Source: Clostridia bacterium (GTDB taxonomy: Bacteria; Bacillota; Clostridia; Oscillospirales; CAG-272). Taken from it: a DNA stretch of 64,000 nucleotides. The notes under the pieces were generated by a model. That model did no database searches. It was not told where the DNA came from and worked only from the letters and a program-made list of their open reading frames with translations. Location: positions 16,370-80,369 of the forward strand of contig JAFVTS010000009.1 in the NCBI GenBank assembly GCA_017503105.1, read 5' to 3'. This document shows positions 45,207-53,332 of the stretch, in pieces (the stretch's first letter is position 1; the number at the start of each line of letters is the position of its first letter). A program made the translations under genes and the position numbers.

Positions 45207-46121
45207 ATGGCATTTACAGCTAAAGACGTAGCCGAGCTCAGAAAGCAGACCGGCTGCGGTATGATGGACTGCAAAAAGGCTCTCACCGAGTCGAACGGCG
45301 ATTTCGAGGCTGCCGTTAAGTATCTTCGTGAGAAGGGTATGGCTGCAACTGCAAAGAAGGCTGACCGTATCGCTGCAGAGGGTATCGTTGATATTATGAC
45401 TATCGGCTCTACCACCGCTATCGTCGAGGTAAACTCCGAGACCGACTTCGTTGCAAAGAACGCAACCTTCAAGGAGTTCGTTAAGGATATTCTTAAGACT
45501 ATCATTCAGAACAAGCCCTGTGACGTTGAGGCGCTTCTTGCATCCGCGTACGTTAACGGCGGCACCGTTTCCGAGGCTCTCGCAGAGCAGATCTACAAGA
45601 TCGGTGAGAAGATCTCTATCCGCCGCTTCACCATCGTTGAGGGCGTCGTTTCCTCTTACATTCACGGTATGGGCGCTACCGGTGTCGTAGTAAGCTTCGA
45701 GACCGACCTTGCTGACAAGGCTGAGTTTGCTGAGTGCGCAAAGAACGTCGCACTTCAGACCGCAGCTATGGAAGTAAAGTATCTTGACAAGGACTCCGTT
45801 CCCGCTTCCGTTCTTGCAGAGGAAGAGGCTATCCTTATCAATCAGATGAAGGAAGATCCCAAGATGGCAAACAAGCCCGACAACATCCTTCAGAACATCG
45901 TTAAGGGCAGACTTGGTAAGTTCTATGAGAACAACTGCCTCCTTGAGCAGGCATACGTAAAGGACGACTCTATGTCCGTTGCTAAGTACGTTGCATCCGT
46001 TGCAAAGGAACTTGGCGGCAGCATCAAGGTCACCGGTTACGTTCGCTTTGACAAGGGCGAGGGTCTTCAGAAGAGAGAAGAGGACTTCGCTGCCGAGATC
46101 GCAAAGATGGTCAACGGCTAA
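45207..46121 (+). CDS. tsf: Translation elongation factor Ts
   Basis: 304 aa. TAKDVAELRKQTGCGMMDCKKALTESNGDFEAAVKYLREKG is the canonical UBA-like N-terminus of EF-Ts. It follows rpsB as usual. Confidence 0.95.
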   Translation: MAFTAKDVAELRKQTGCGMMDCKKALTESNGDFEAAVKYLREKGMAATAKKADRIAAEGIVDIMTIGSTTAIVEVNSETDFVAKNATFKEFVKDILKTIIQNKPCDVEALLASAYVNGGTVSEALAEQIYKIGEKISIRRFTIVEGVVSSYIHGMGATGVVVSFETDLADKAEFAECAKNVALQTAAMEVKYLDKDSVPASVLAEEEAILINQMKEDPKMANKPDNILQNIVKGRLGKFYENNCLLEQAYVKDDSMSVAKYVASVAKELGGSIKVTGYVRFDKGEGLQKREEDFAAEIAKMVNG

Positions 46122-46140
46122 TAATTCTTTGATATCAAGA

Positions 46141-46178
46141 CCCACGAAGCGTTTTTCTTCGCTTCGTGGGCTTTTTTT
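46141..46178 (+). terminator. Rho-independent terminator after tsf
   Basis: 11-bp stem CCCACGAAGCG/CGCTTCGTGGG, 8-nt loop, then CTTTTTTT. Confidence 0.8.
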
Positions 46179-46219
46179 CGCTTTTCCTTCATATAAATAA
46201 ATGAAAGGAATTTGTGAAA

Positions 46220-47734
46220 ATGACAAACAGAGCAAAATTTTTCTATAACGGCATTCTTTTGACTGCCGTAGGACTTTCCGTGCGCACCGTGGGACTTATT
46301 TTCGGAGCCTTCGTTTCAAGAGCCGTGGGGGCAGAGGGAACGGGGCTTTATACCCTTATAATGACGGTCTATTCCTTCGCCGTTACCTTCGCCACCTCTG
46401 GTATCAGTCTGACTGTCACTCGCCTTGTCGCCGCCGCGATAGGAGAGGGCCGAGGGGGGAGCGTCGGCGGGATCTTAAGGGGCGCGATGCTTTACGCACT
46501 CGTTTTCTCGTTTTCGGCAAGCGCGGTGCTGTTTTTCGGAGCGGGAATATTTGCCGAAAGGATCATCTTTGATTCGCGCTCGGTAATATCGCTCCGAATA
46601 CTTTCCTTCTCCCTCGTCCCTGCCGCGATGTCCGCAGTTTTCTCGGGATATTTCGTCGGAATAAAAAAGATAAGCTGTAACGCCGCCGTCCAGGTCGTAA
46701 CGCAGTTTGTGAAAATAAGCCTCACCGTGCTTCTCGTTGTAAAAGCCGCCGAGAGAGGAACGGAAGCGGCTGTCGCGGCGCTTTGCATCGGAATAAGCAT
46801 TGCCGAGGCTGCAGCGTTCTTGCTTATGCTTCTTCAGTTTTTAACGGACCGCCTGAGGCGTGAGCGCTCGGTTGGGTCCCTTGAGATGAAGCCCGTCCTC
46901 GGAATGGCGCTTCCGCTCGCCTTTTCCGCATATATCCGCTCGGGGCTTCTGACGCTTGAGCACATTCTCATACCAAAACGCCTCTCCGACGGAGGCTCGG
47001 ATTCATCCGAGGCGCTTTCATCTTACGGCACCCTCCACGGAATGGCTTTGCCACTCGTACTCTATCCTATGTCGCCGCTGTCGTCGTTTTCGGGGCTTCT
47101 CGTTCCCGAATTTGCCGAAAACGGCGGAGGCGAATCAAGAATGAGGCGCATAACCTCCGAGGTAATGAATAATACCCTTGCGTACGCCACGGCGATTGCG
47201 GTTTTTCTCTACGTATTTTCGGAGGAGCTCGGATATATAATCTATAATTCTTATGAGGCGGGCATCTATATCGCGCTCATCGCACCGATAGTTCCGATAA
47301 TGTACCTCGACCACGTCACCGACTCGATGCTCAAAGGCATAGGCGAGCACGTTTATTCTATGTGGGTCAACATCTCCGACTCGTTTTTGTCGATAATACT
47401 CGTCTGGTTCCTTATCCCGAAGCTCGGTATCGGCGGTTACGCTCTCGTTATAATAATAATGGAAGCTTATAATTTCGCCCTTTCGCTCATCAGACTCAGG
47501 AAAAGGATCAGCTTCTCCCTGTCGAGTGTGCGCGCCTTGATACTGCCTGCCGTATCCGCCTTTTTTGCCACCCATCTTTCCAAAAAGCTGTTCGTTATGA
47601 ACGGCACCGTAACGACCCCGATCTGGCTCGTTTTGAAGATCGTATTTGCCGCAAGTATTTTCCTCGGAAGCTTTATGATACTCACCAAGGTCCATACCCG
47701 TGTTAAAAAAACGCGTGTCAAGACCGACGGTTGA
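46220..47734 (+). CDS. MOP-superfamily flippase (SpoVB/MurJ-like polysaccharide biosynthesis protein)
   Basis: ~14 TM helices. N-terminus NRAKFFYNGILLTAVGLSVRTVGLIFGAFVSRAVGAEGTGLY is typical of SpoVB-like proteins. ATG 46220 is preferred over GTG 46214 because of its spacing from AAAGGAA. Confidence 0.8.
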   Translation: MTNRAKFFYNGILLTAVGLSVRTVGLIFGAFVSRAVGAEGTGLYTLIMTVYSFAVTFATSGISLTVTRLVAAAIGEGRGGSVGGILRGAMLYALVFSFSASAVLFFGAGIFAERIIFDSRSVISLRILSFSLVPAAMSAVFSGYFVGIKKISCNAAVQVVTQFVKISLTVLLVVKAAERGTEAAVAALCIGISIAEAAAFLLMLLQFLTDRLRRERSVGSLEMKPVLGMALPLAFSAYIRSGLLTLEHILIPKRLSDGGSDSSEALSSYGTLHGMALPLVLYPMSPLSSFSGLLVPEFAENGGGESRMRRITSEVMNNTLAYATAIAVFLYVFSEELGYIIYNSYEAGIYIALIAPIVPIMYLDHVTDSMLKGIGEHVYSMWVNISDSFLSIILVWFLIPKLGIGGYALVIIIMEAYNFALSLIRLRKRISFSLSSVRALILPAVSAFFATHLSKKLFVMNGTVTTPIWLVLKIVFAASIFLGSFMILTKVHTRVKKTRVKTDG

Positions 47735-47755
47735 GAGGCTTTTCGCAATAAAAAA

Positions 47756-47785
47756 ACAAGGACTGCCGCCGTCCTTGTTTTTTTA
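47756..47785. terminator. Bidirectional terminator between convergent genes
   Basis: Stem ACAAGGAC/GTCCTTGT, flanked by AAAAAAA on the left and TTTTTTT on the right. Confidence 0.7.
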
Positions 47786-47798
47786 TTAAATCGGAATA

Positions 47799-48344
47799 TT
47801 ATTCGCCTTTTTTCGCCTCTCGGCGCTCAGCGAGATACTTTCGTCTGACTACCGTCAAAAAGTCCTGAACTCTCTTCGACTGATAATCGCGGTAGGTCCA
47901 AGGGAGCTTTTGCCAATTGCCTTTCGCAAAGAAGAGCGTCATCTCCGTATATATCCCGTCGGCAAGCGGTATTCTGAAGCCCGCTTTTTTCGTCGTGGCA
48001 AGCATAAGTCTGCCGTGATTTATAAAGCCGGGATCAAGATTTATCTTTCTGTTTCCGCCATCCGAGAGCTTCTTTTCCATCTCGTTGGTTTTCGTCTTTA
48101 TTTCGGCTTGCCGCGATGGGTCGACGAGTCTTTTGAAGCTGTATATCCGCCTTAAGCCCTCGCCCCCGATCTCATCGTCGTAATACTCGGAAAATTCCTT
48201 TGAAAAAGAAAATTCCTCGCACATATCCTCTGTTTCGCCGAATTCCTCCGTGAGCATACGTAAGCCCTCTTCAAGTACTGCTTTTTCGTGATATATCACG
48301 CCGACTATCAGCTTTTCATATTCAAAATCGTAAAGCGCGCCCAT
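47799..48344 (-). CDS. DUF4416-family protein
   Basis: 181 aa. KLIVGVIY near the N-terminus, NLDPGF and LPWTYRDY motifs match my memory of DUF4416. Confidence 0.6.
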   Translation of the reverse strand: MGALYDFEYEKLIVGVIYHEKAVLEEGLRMLTEEFGETEDMCEEFSFSKEFSEYYDDEIGGEGLRRIYSFKRLVDPSRQAEIKTKTNEMEKKLSDGGNRKINLDPGFINHGRLMLATTKKAGFRIPLADGIYTEMTLFFAKGNWQKLPWTYRDYQSKRVQDFLTVVRRKYLAERREAKKGE

Positions 48345-48349
48345 AGCTC

Positions 48350-49279
48350 TTACGAGAACATTTCAGACGAAAGATATCTCTCGCCCGTGTCGGGGAGAAG
48401 AACTACCACCGTCTTGCCCTCGTTTTCCTTTCTTTTTGCTACCTCAACAGCCGCAGAAAGCGCGGCACCCGAGGAAATTCCAACGAGCAGACCCTCGCAC
48501 CTTCCGAGCTCCTTTCCAAAGCGGTAAGCGCTTTCCGTATCTACCTTGATTATCTCGTCGATAATATCGGTGTTCAGTATCTCGGGAACAAAATTCGCGC
48601 CAATGCCTTGCAACTTGTGCGCCCCCGCGCGTCCCTCGGAGAGAAGGGGGGAGTCCAAGGGCTCGACCGCTACCGCCTTGATGTCGGGATCCTTGCTTTT
48701 CAAAAATTCCGCGGTGCCTGTGAGCGTGCCGCCCGTGCCGACGCCCGCGACGAAAACGTCGACCACCCCGTCGGTGTCGCTGTATATCTCGGGACCTGTC
48801 GTTTCGCGGTGCGCTTTCGGGTTTGCGGGGTTTGTAAACTGCCCCGCTATGACCGCGTGGGGAATACTGCTTCTTATCTCCTCCGCCTTTGCGATGGCTC
48901 CGCTCATTCCGAGCGCCCCGTCGGTGAGCACGAGCTCCGCGCCGTACGCGCTTATAAGGAGTTGGCGCTCGCGCGACATCGTGTCGGGCATAACTATGAT
49001 CGCCCGACAGCCGTATACTGCCGCAAGTGCCGCGATGCCGATCCCCGTATTACCCGAGGTCGGCTCGATTATAACGCTGTCCTTCGTTAAAAGTCCTCTT
49101 TCTTTAAGATCGTTAAAAATGTATTTTGCAACTCTGTCCTTAGCGCTTCCCGCAGGATTGAACATCTCAAGCTTCGCAAGTAGTCTTGCTCCGAGCGAAT
49201 ATTTTTTCTCTATTGCCGAAAGACGGATCAGGGGAGTGTTCCCGACGAGCTCGTCTATTCCACCGTAAATTTTTGCCAT
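48350..49279 (-). CDS. cysK: Cysteine synthase A (O-acetylserine sulfhydrylase)
   Basis: Start moved to ATG 49279 (MAKIYGGIDELVGNTPLIRL). PLP-lysine context NPAGSAKDR and SGNTGIGIA loop. Confidence 0.9.
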   Translation of the reverse strand: MAKIYGGIDELVGNTPLIRLSAIEKKYSLGARLLAKLEMFNPAGSAKDRVAKYIFNDLKERGLLTKDSVIIEPTSGNTGIGIAALAAVYGCRAIIVMPDTMSRERQLLISAYGAELVLTDGALGMSGAIAKAEEIRSSIPHAVIAGQFTNPANPKAHRETTGPEIYSDTDGVVDVFVAGVGTGGTLTGTAEFLKSKDPDIKAVAVEPLDSPLLSEGRAGAHKLQGIGANFVPEILNTDIIDEIIKVDTESAYRFGKELGRCEGLLVGISSGAALSAAVEVAKRKENEGKTVVVLLPDTGERYLSSEMFS

Positions 49280-49314
49280 AACCGTACCTCTCTTTTTAAT
49301 TTCGCATATATTAT

Positions 49315-49343
49315 ATTTTAACATTCTTTAGCTTAAAAATCAA
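49315..49343 (-). promoter_or_regulatory. Candidate sigma70 promoter of cysK
   Basis: Minus strand reads TTGATT, 17 nt, TAAAAT, 36 nt upstream of the ATG. Confidence 0.5.
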
Positions 49344-49478
49344 TATTTTTTCGGAATTTAATTTAATAGGTGTCGAGACGACGATAGCGGTTAAAATAAA
49401 GTATGACGAAATTTTACACGCATAGGCACTTGCCTTGATAAATGTAAACTAAAGTTTGTAAAAAAGCAAAGCACGAAA

Positions 49479-50141
49479 ATGAGATTGATCGAAAAAATAA
49501 GAAACAAAATAAGAAAAAACGGCGTATATACGTATTATCTATTGATGAAGCCCCTCGGCAGCAAGATGCGCCTCGCCGCAACGATCTTGGTGAACGCAGC
49601 CTTTATCGTGTGGAACACGGTCTTATCTGCGGTGTACCGTGACCCTCTGCTTTTTGCAGTATCCGTGTACTACCTCTTGCTTGCGTTTATGCGTTACACG
49701 CTTTTGCGTGCGGAAAAGAGAAGGGGAAAAGACAATGGACAGCGAGCCGCATTTTACGTCGGTATCCTTTTGCTTTTTGCCGACGTCGCGATGGGCGGAG
49801 CGATAGTATATTCGCTTACCGAGGGGGCAAAAAGACGTTATTCTCCCATAACGGCATTGCCGCAGCTGCTTTTCTCATTCTTCTGCCTTTTCACGGCTCT
49901 TGCCCGTATCATCCATCGATCATCCGCCCTGTCGGCGTCGGAGCTTTCGGGGGATGCGATAACGCTTGCCGCCGCATTTTTTTCCGTTTTTAATTTGGTT
50001 AATTATCTCTCTCATCTTCCGTCGGTTTTTATAAGCGTAAGGGCGACGGTAACACTTGGCGTTCTGGCATTTTTCAGCGTTTTCGCGACGGCGGTCTTCT
50101 TGCTCGTTAAAAACAAGAGTGACGGAGGTGGGCAACGATGA
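49479..50141 (+). CDS. Hypothetical membrane protein (about 5 TM helices)
   Basis: 220 aa with a plausible ATG and hydrophobic periodicity. No family recognised. Confidence 0.45.
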   Translation: MRLIEKIRNKIRKNGVYTYYLLMKPLGSKMRLAATILVNAAFIVWNTVLSAVYRDPLLFAVSVYYLLLAFMRYTLLRAEKRRGKDNGQRAAFYVGILLLFADVAMGGAIVYSLTEGAKRRYSPITALPQLLFSFFCLFTALARIIHRSSALSASELSGDAITLAAAFFSVFNLVNYLSHLPSVFISVRATVTLGVLAFFSVFATAVFLLVKNKSDGGGQR

Positions 50142-50253
50142 TAACAGTTTTTGCCCGTCTATCATAAAATATTAACAGCGGTGAGTCGTTGTCATAACCT
50201 CTGTCAGACACCGACTTACACCGCAAAAACGGAAAAAGAATAGGATAGATTAA

Positions 50254-50544
50254 ATGGAAAGAAACGAAAACGGCGTTCCCGTAACCCCGAGGAGCGACTC
50301 GGGCACTAACGCTCTTGACGGATTTTTCAAGGGGCAACGCGCGGGGAATGACGGGCGGGACGGTTGCGGAAAACCGAAAAACGGTGACACGGGTATGGAC
50401 ATCTGCTCGGATTCGCTCCCTCTTGCCTACGCTTACGTGCCTTGGCAGAAGTGGCGGCTTCTTTATTCGCCCGAGGCGGCGCTGGCAAACGGAACGCTCT
50501 TTGAGGAGCTGAATAAACCGCTCGGAGTGTACGGCAATGAATAA
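50254..50544 (+). CDS. cotJA: Spore coat-associated protein CotJA
   Basis: 96 aa. LPLAYAYVPWQKW...ALANGTLFEELNKPL matches the CotJA signature. Overlaps cotJB by 8 nt. Confidence 0.75.
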   Translation: MERNENGVPVTPRSDSGTNALDGFFKGQRAGNDGRDGCGKPKNGDTGMDICSDSLPLAYAYVPWQKWRLLYSPEAALANGTLFEELNKPLGVYGNE

Positions 50545-50824
50545 CGGAATGAATATAAGCCGCGAAGCTCTCGGCGCTAAAATCAAATCTCTCGCCTTCG
50601 CAAAGACGGAAGCGGAGCTCTTCCTTGACACTCATCCCGACTCTCGCGCGGCACTCTCGTATTATCACGAAATAGTCGACAAGCTTGCGGAGCTCACGGA
50701 GCAGTATAACGATATGTACGGCCCGTTAACCGCAGACGCCTCATCTTCCGAATCGTGGAATTGGATCGAAGGTCCGTGGCCTTGGCAAAGAGACGGAGAT
50801 AAAAACACGAAGGGGGATATGTAA
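50537..50824 (+). CDS. cotJB: Spore coat protein CotJB
   Basis: 95 aa. FAKTEAELFLDTHPDSRAALSYYH...YGPLT...GPWPWQ matches the CotJB signature. Confidence 0.8.
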   Translation: MNNGMNISREALGAKIKSLAFAKTEAELFLDTHPDSRAALSYYHEIVDKLAELTEQYNDMYGPLTADASSSESWNWIEGPWPWQRDGDKNTKGDM

Positions 50825-50827
50825 GGT

Positions 50828-51289
50828 ATGTGGATATATGAAAAGAAGCTTCAGTACCCCGTAAAAATAGCAATGCCCAACGCCCGTCTTGCGAGTATGA
50901 TAATAGACGCCCTCGGCGGTCCTGACGGTGAGCTCGGGGCATCTATGCGCTATCTCAATCAGAGATACATTATGCCCTCGGATAAGGTCATAGGACTTCT
51001 CACCGATATCGGCTCGGAAGAGCTTGGGCATATGGAAATAGTTGCCGCGATAATTTATCAGCTGACGAGAAATCTTACCCCCGACGAGATAATCGCGGGC
51101 GGATTCGATAAATATTATATCGGTCACGGCGACGGCATCTATCCCGCCGCAGCGTCGGGCGAGCCCTTCAACGCCTTTGCCATCTCGTCAAAGGGCGACG
51201 CTATCTGCGACCTCAACGAGGACCTTGCAGCAGATGCTGCAATACTGCAAGAGCAATCTTTATCAAAAAATCGCCGAACCCCCTTGTAA
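50828..51289 (+). CDS. cotJC: CotJC-like manganese-catalase-family protein, apparently C-terminally truncated
   Basis: MWIYEKKLQYPVKI...GELGASMRYLNQRY...EELGHMEIVA is a canonical CotJC start. Similarity ends after DLNEDLAAD, and the ORF stops at 153 aa in AT-rich sequence. From memory CotJC is ~189 aa and has a second E..H metal motif, which is missing here. Confidence 0.6.
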   Translation: MWIYEKKLQYPVKIAMPNARLASMIIDALGGPDGELGASMRYLNQRYIMPSDKVIGLLTDIGSEELGHMEIVAAIIYQLTRNLTPDEIIAGGFDKYYIGHGDGIYPAAASGEPFNAFAISSKGDAICDLNEDLAADAAILQEQSLSKNRRTPL

Positions 51290-51426
51290 AATAAGGATTT
51301 TTCGCACTTAGGCAAAACGCTCAAAAATCGCTATCCTGCTATCATATAAGAGCAACAATAGGTATTTTTAGCAAAAAATCAACTTAATTTATTAAAAAAC
51401 CGATAAGGACAAGCTGTTTTCTCAAA

Positions 51427-51461
51427 GTACAAAAGTCACCGCCAAACAATGACGGTGACTT
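51427..51461. terminator. Terminator after the Mn-catalase gene (may also serve cotJ)
   Basis: Stem AAGTCACCG/CGGTGACTT (51433-51441 / 51453-51461), with a T run on the minus strand immediately after. Confidence 0.55.
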
Positions 51462-51468
51462 TCTTAAT

Positions 51469-52131
51469 TCAGTTAAATGATGGCGCGTGAGTTTCGCTCG
51501 TCGCAAACGTATTCGGTCCGGGGTTCGACATGGAAAAATACATCTTTGCCGCTTTGGTCGTACCGAAATCGCGGTTGGAGCCGGTTTCCTGCACCTTGTT
51601 GAAAGCATCACGGAACATCTGGTTGTGCGCTTCCTCACGGTTGAGAAGAAAGTCTATGGTTTCGCGTACCTTCTTGTCCTCGATCTGACGGTAGAGATAT
51701 TCGTAAACCACCTTGGCTCTCTGCTCGGACGCGATATTGGAAAGCAAGTCGGCGCATAGGTCGCCCGTGACGGTCACGTAATCCGCCGTCCAGGAATAGC
51801 CCGAAGCATTTATTAGTCCTGGATTCAGACCAAGCAGAACGTGCGTCTGCACCTCGCCCGCTTGCACCTTCGTCGCGTCCACGTCGTGACCGTTGAGCAG
51901 ATTGATGGTCTGTGCCACCATTTCCATGTGTCCCAGCTCCTCCGCGGCAATATCGAGGAAAAGATCCTTGATCTCGGGATCCTTGATGCGAAAGCTCTGC
52001 GACATATACTGCATTGCCGCCTTCAATTCGCCGTTTCCGCCGCCAAGCTGCTCCTGAAGCAAAACCGCATATTGCGGATTCGGTCTCTCCACCTCTACGG
52101 GATGAAATAACACTTTTTCGTGTTTGAACAT
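51469..52131 (-). CDS. Manganese catalase family protein
   Basis: 220 aa. GELKAAMQYMSQSF, EELGHMEMVA, ASEQRAKVVYEYL and REEAHNQMF together form the di-Mn ligand pattern of this family. Confidence 0.85.
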   Translation of the reverse strand: MFKHEKVLFHPVEVERPNPQYAVLLQEQLGGGNGELKAAMQYMSQSFRIKDPEIKDLFLDIAAEELGHMEMVAQTINLLNGHDVDATKVQAGEVQTHVLLGLNPGLINASGYSWTADYVTVTGDLCADLLSNIASEQRAKVVYEYLYRQIEDKKVRETIDFLLNREEAHNQMFRDAFNKVQETGSNRDFGTTKAAKMYFSMSNPGPNTFATSETHAPSFN

Positions 52132-52343
52132 ATATACCTCCGTTTTTTGTATTCACCGTTATTATTTCCCAAAACGACGGAAAATATATTGTCGAAGGTA
52201 TAAAATTACGAAAACAATATCACTCTGAACCGTCTGTCCCTTACAAATAACTGTACCACGAGTTACCGACTTCCGAGTTTGTTTTATCGCAAACGCCTCA
52301 AATATCAAAATTTTTTCGGATTTTTTTCAAAATATTTTTAAGC

Positions 52344-52387
52344 GGCACGAAATTGGCACAGTATTGGCACGATATTGGTATTGCGTT
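52344..52387 (+). promoter_or_regulatory. Phased 11-bp direct repeats (3 good copies plus 1 degenerate), candidate operator/iteron
   Basis: GGCACGAAATT / GGCACAGTATT / GGCACGATATT / GGTATTGCGTT, head to tail. The last unit overlaps the -35 of the downstream promoter. Confidence 0.5.
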
Positions 52388-52409
52388 AACAGTCCTTATA
52401 TGTTATAAT
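52381..52409 (+). promoter_or_regulatory. Candidate sigma70 promoter of ORF 52453
   Basis: TTGCGT, 17 nt, TATAAT preceded by TGT (extended -10 like), 44 nt upstream of the ATG. Confidence 0.5.
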
Positions 52410-52452
52410 ATGTATAGTGGTAAAGTATACCACGACCAAAGAAAGGAGATTT

Positions 52453-53157
52453 ATGAAACTAACAAAAGAACAAACACAAGAAATTTTGAAAACAATTGAT
52501 AAGGTGGAACGACAAACAGAAGATTTCACCTTAACACTCAGAAGGGCACGACGGGCAATCGAAATGAACGATCAATCTGCAACGAAGCTATTACTTACGG
52601 CATACGAGCAGAAAGAAAGGTCAACGTTGCTATGCCGTGCTCTTCCTATTTACTCCCCCGAACCTTTACTGCGGGAGAAAATAACGAAAGTATTGACCGA
52701 TGCCGCCTCTGCCAAATGCGGTTACACAGAGGCAGGATGGTTCTGCGCGGTCATTCCCACCCTGCTCCCCAAAAAGAGAAAAGGCTCTACCGACTACATA
52801 AAAGAAATTATGTATGCTTCGTTAGAGCGTTTTTTTATGGACAAGCCGATACGGAAGGTTGGAAAATGCACGATCATCTTTCGTCACGTCTACAACAGAA
52901 ACAATCCCAAAAGGGCTTGGCGAGATCACGACAATATCGAGATCAAAACGGTCATTGACGCGATTGCACTGTTCGTGATGGAGGATGATTCGCCTCACGT
53001 TTGTCAGCACTTCTATTGCAGTGCCGAGGGAGATTGCGACAAAACCGAGGTATACGTAGTTCCGCAAGAGGAGTTCCTGATGTGGTGTAAAATACAACAC
53101 TCTATCCCCGATAACGGGCTGAAATTGTACGATTCACCACCTCAAAAACAGGTGTAA
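52453..53157 (+). CDS. Hypothetical protein; C-terminal half weakly RusA-like (Holliday-junction-resolvase fold)
   Basis: Start moved to ATG 52453 (AAAGGAG upstream). WRDHDNIEIKTVIDAIALFVMEDDSPHV...KTEVYVVP resembles the RusA D-x-D-N-x2-K-x3-D-A...DD-S pattern. The N-terminal ~100 aa are helical and unknown. Confidence 0.45.
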   Translation: MKLTKEQTQEILKTIDKVERQTEDFTLTLRRARRAIEMNDQSATKLLLTAYEQKERSTLLCRALPIYSPEPLLREKITKVLTDAASAKCGYTEAGWFCAVIPTLLPKKRKGSTDYIKEIMYASLERFFMDKPIRKVGKCTIIFRHVYNRNNPKRAWRDHDNIEIKTVIDAIALFVMEDDSPHVCQHFYCSAEGDCDKTEVYVVPQEEFLMWCKIQHSIPDNGLKLYDSPPQKQV

Positions 53158-53250
53158 AAACAGCGCTTTTTTGCAAAAAAATTATTACACCTTTTTATAA
53201 AACCGAGAAGTCCTTGTAATACAAGACTTTTTCGCATATTTAAGAGAGAA

Positions 53251-53288
53251 AATCCGACGTTGTATCAAACTAAGACGTCGGATTTTTC
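53251..53288 (+). terminator. Rho-independent terminator between the two unknown plus-strand genes
   Basis: 10-bp stem AATCCGACGT/ACGTCGGATT, 14-nt loop, then TTTTC. A weaker hairpin (AGTCCTTGTA...TACAAGACT plus T run) lies ~40 nt earlier. Confidence 0.6.
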
Positions 53289-53332
53289 ATTTCAACATTT
53301 ACTGTTCATTAAAGAAAGGAGATAAACAAATA

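Noticed and set aside
45174-46235. 353-aa minus-strand ORF
   Set aside because: It is antisense to tsf, whose identity is unambiguous. It also spans the tsf terminator and part of the flippase start, which is implausible for a real gene.
50142-50253. Sporulation sigma factor (SigE/SigK-type) promoter upstream of cotJA
   Set aside because: ATATT and CATAACCT strings are present, but the spacing does not fit the consensus as I remember it. I cannot verify it without a position-weight-matrix scan.
51234-51311. Frameshifted continuation of cotJC (+1 frame reads MLQYCKSNLYQKIAEPPCKIRIFRT-stop)
   Set aside because: It shows only a faint resemblance to the expected ...ARATYQWLI..DDP...LRFLRERE continuation and needs several gaps. 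This is too weak to claim a specific frameshift. I report only that the ORF is short.
52366-52382. Sigma54 promoter (TGGCAC-N5-TTGC) suggested by TGGCACGATATTGGTA
   Set aside because: The -12 element reads TGGT rather than TTGC. The TGGCAC string is simply part of the 11-bp repeat, which occurs three times. No enhancer-binding protein gene is nearby.
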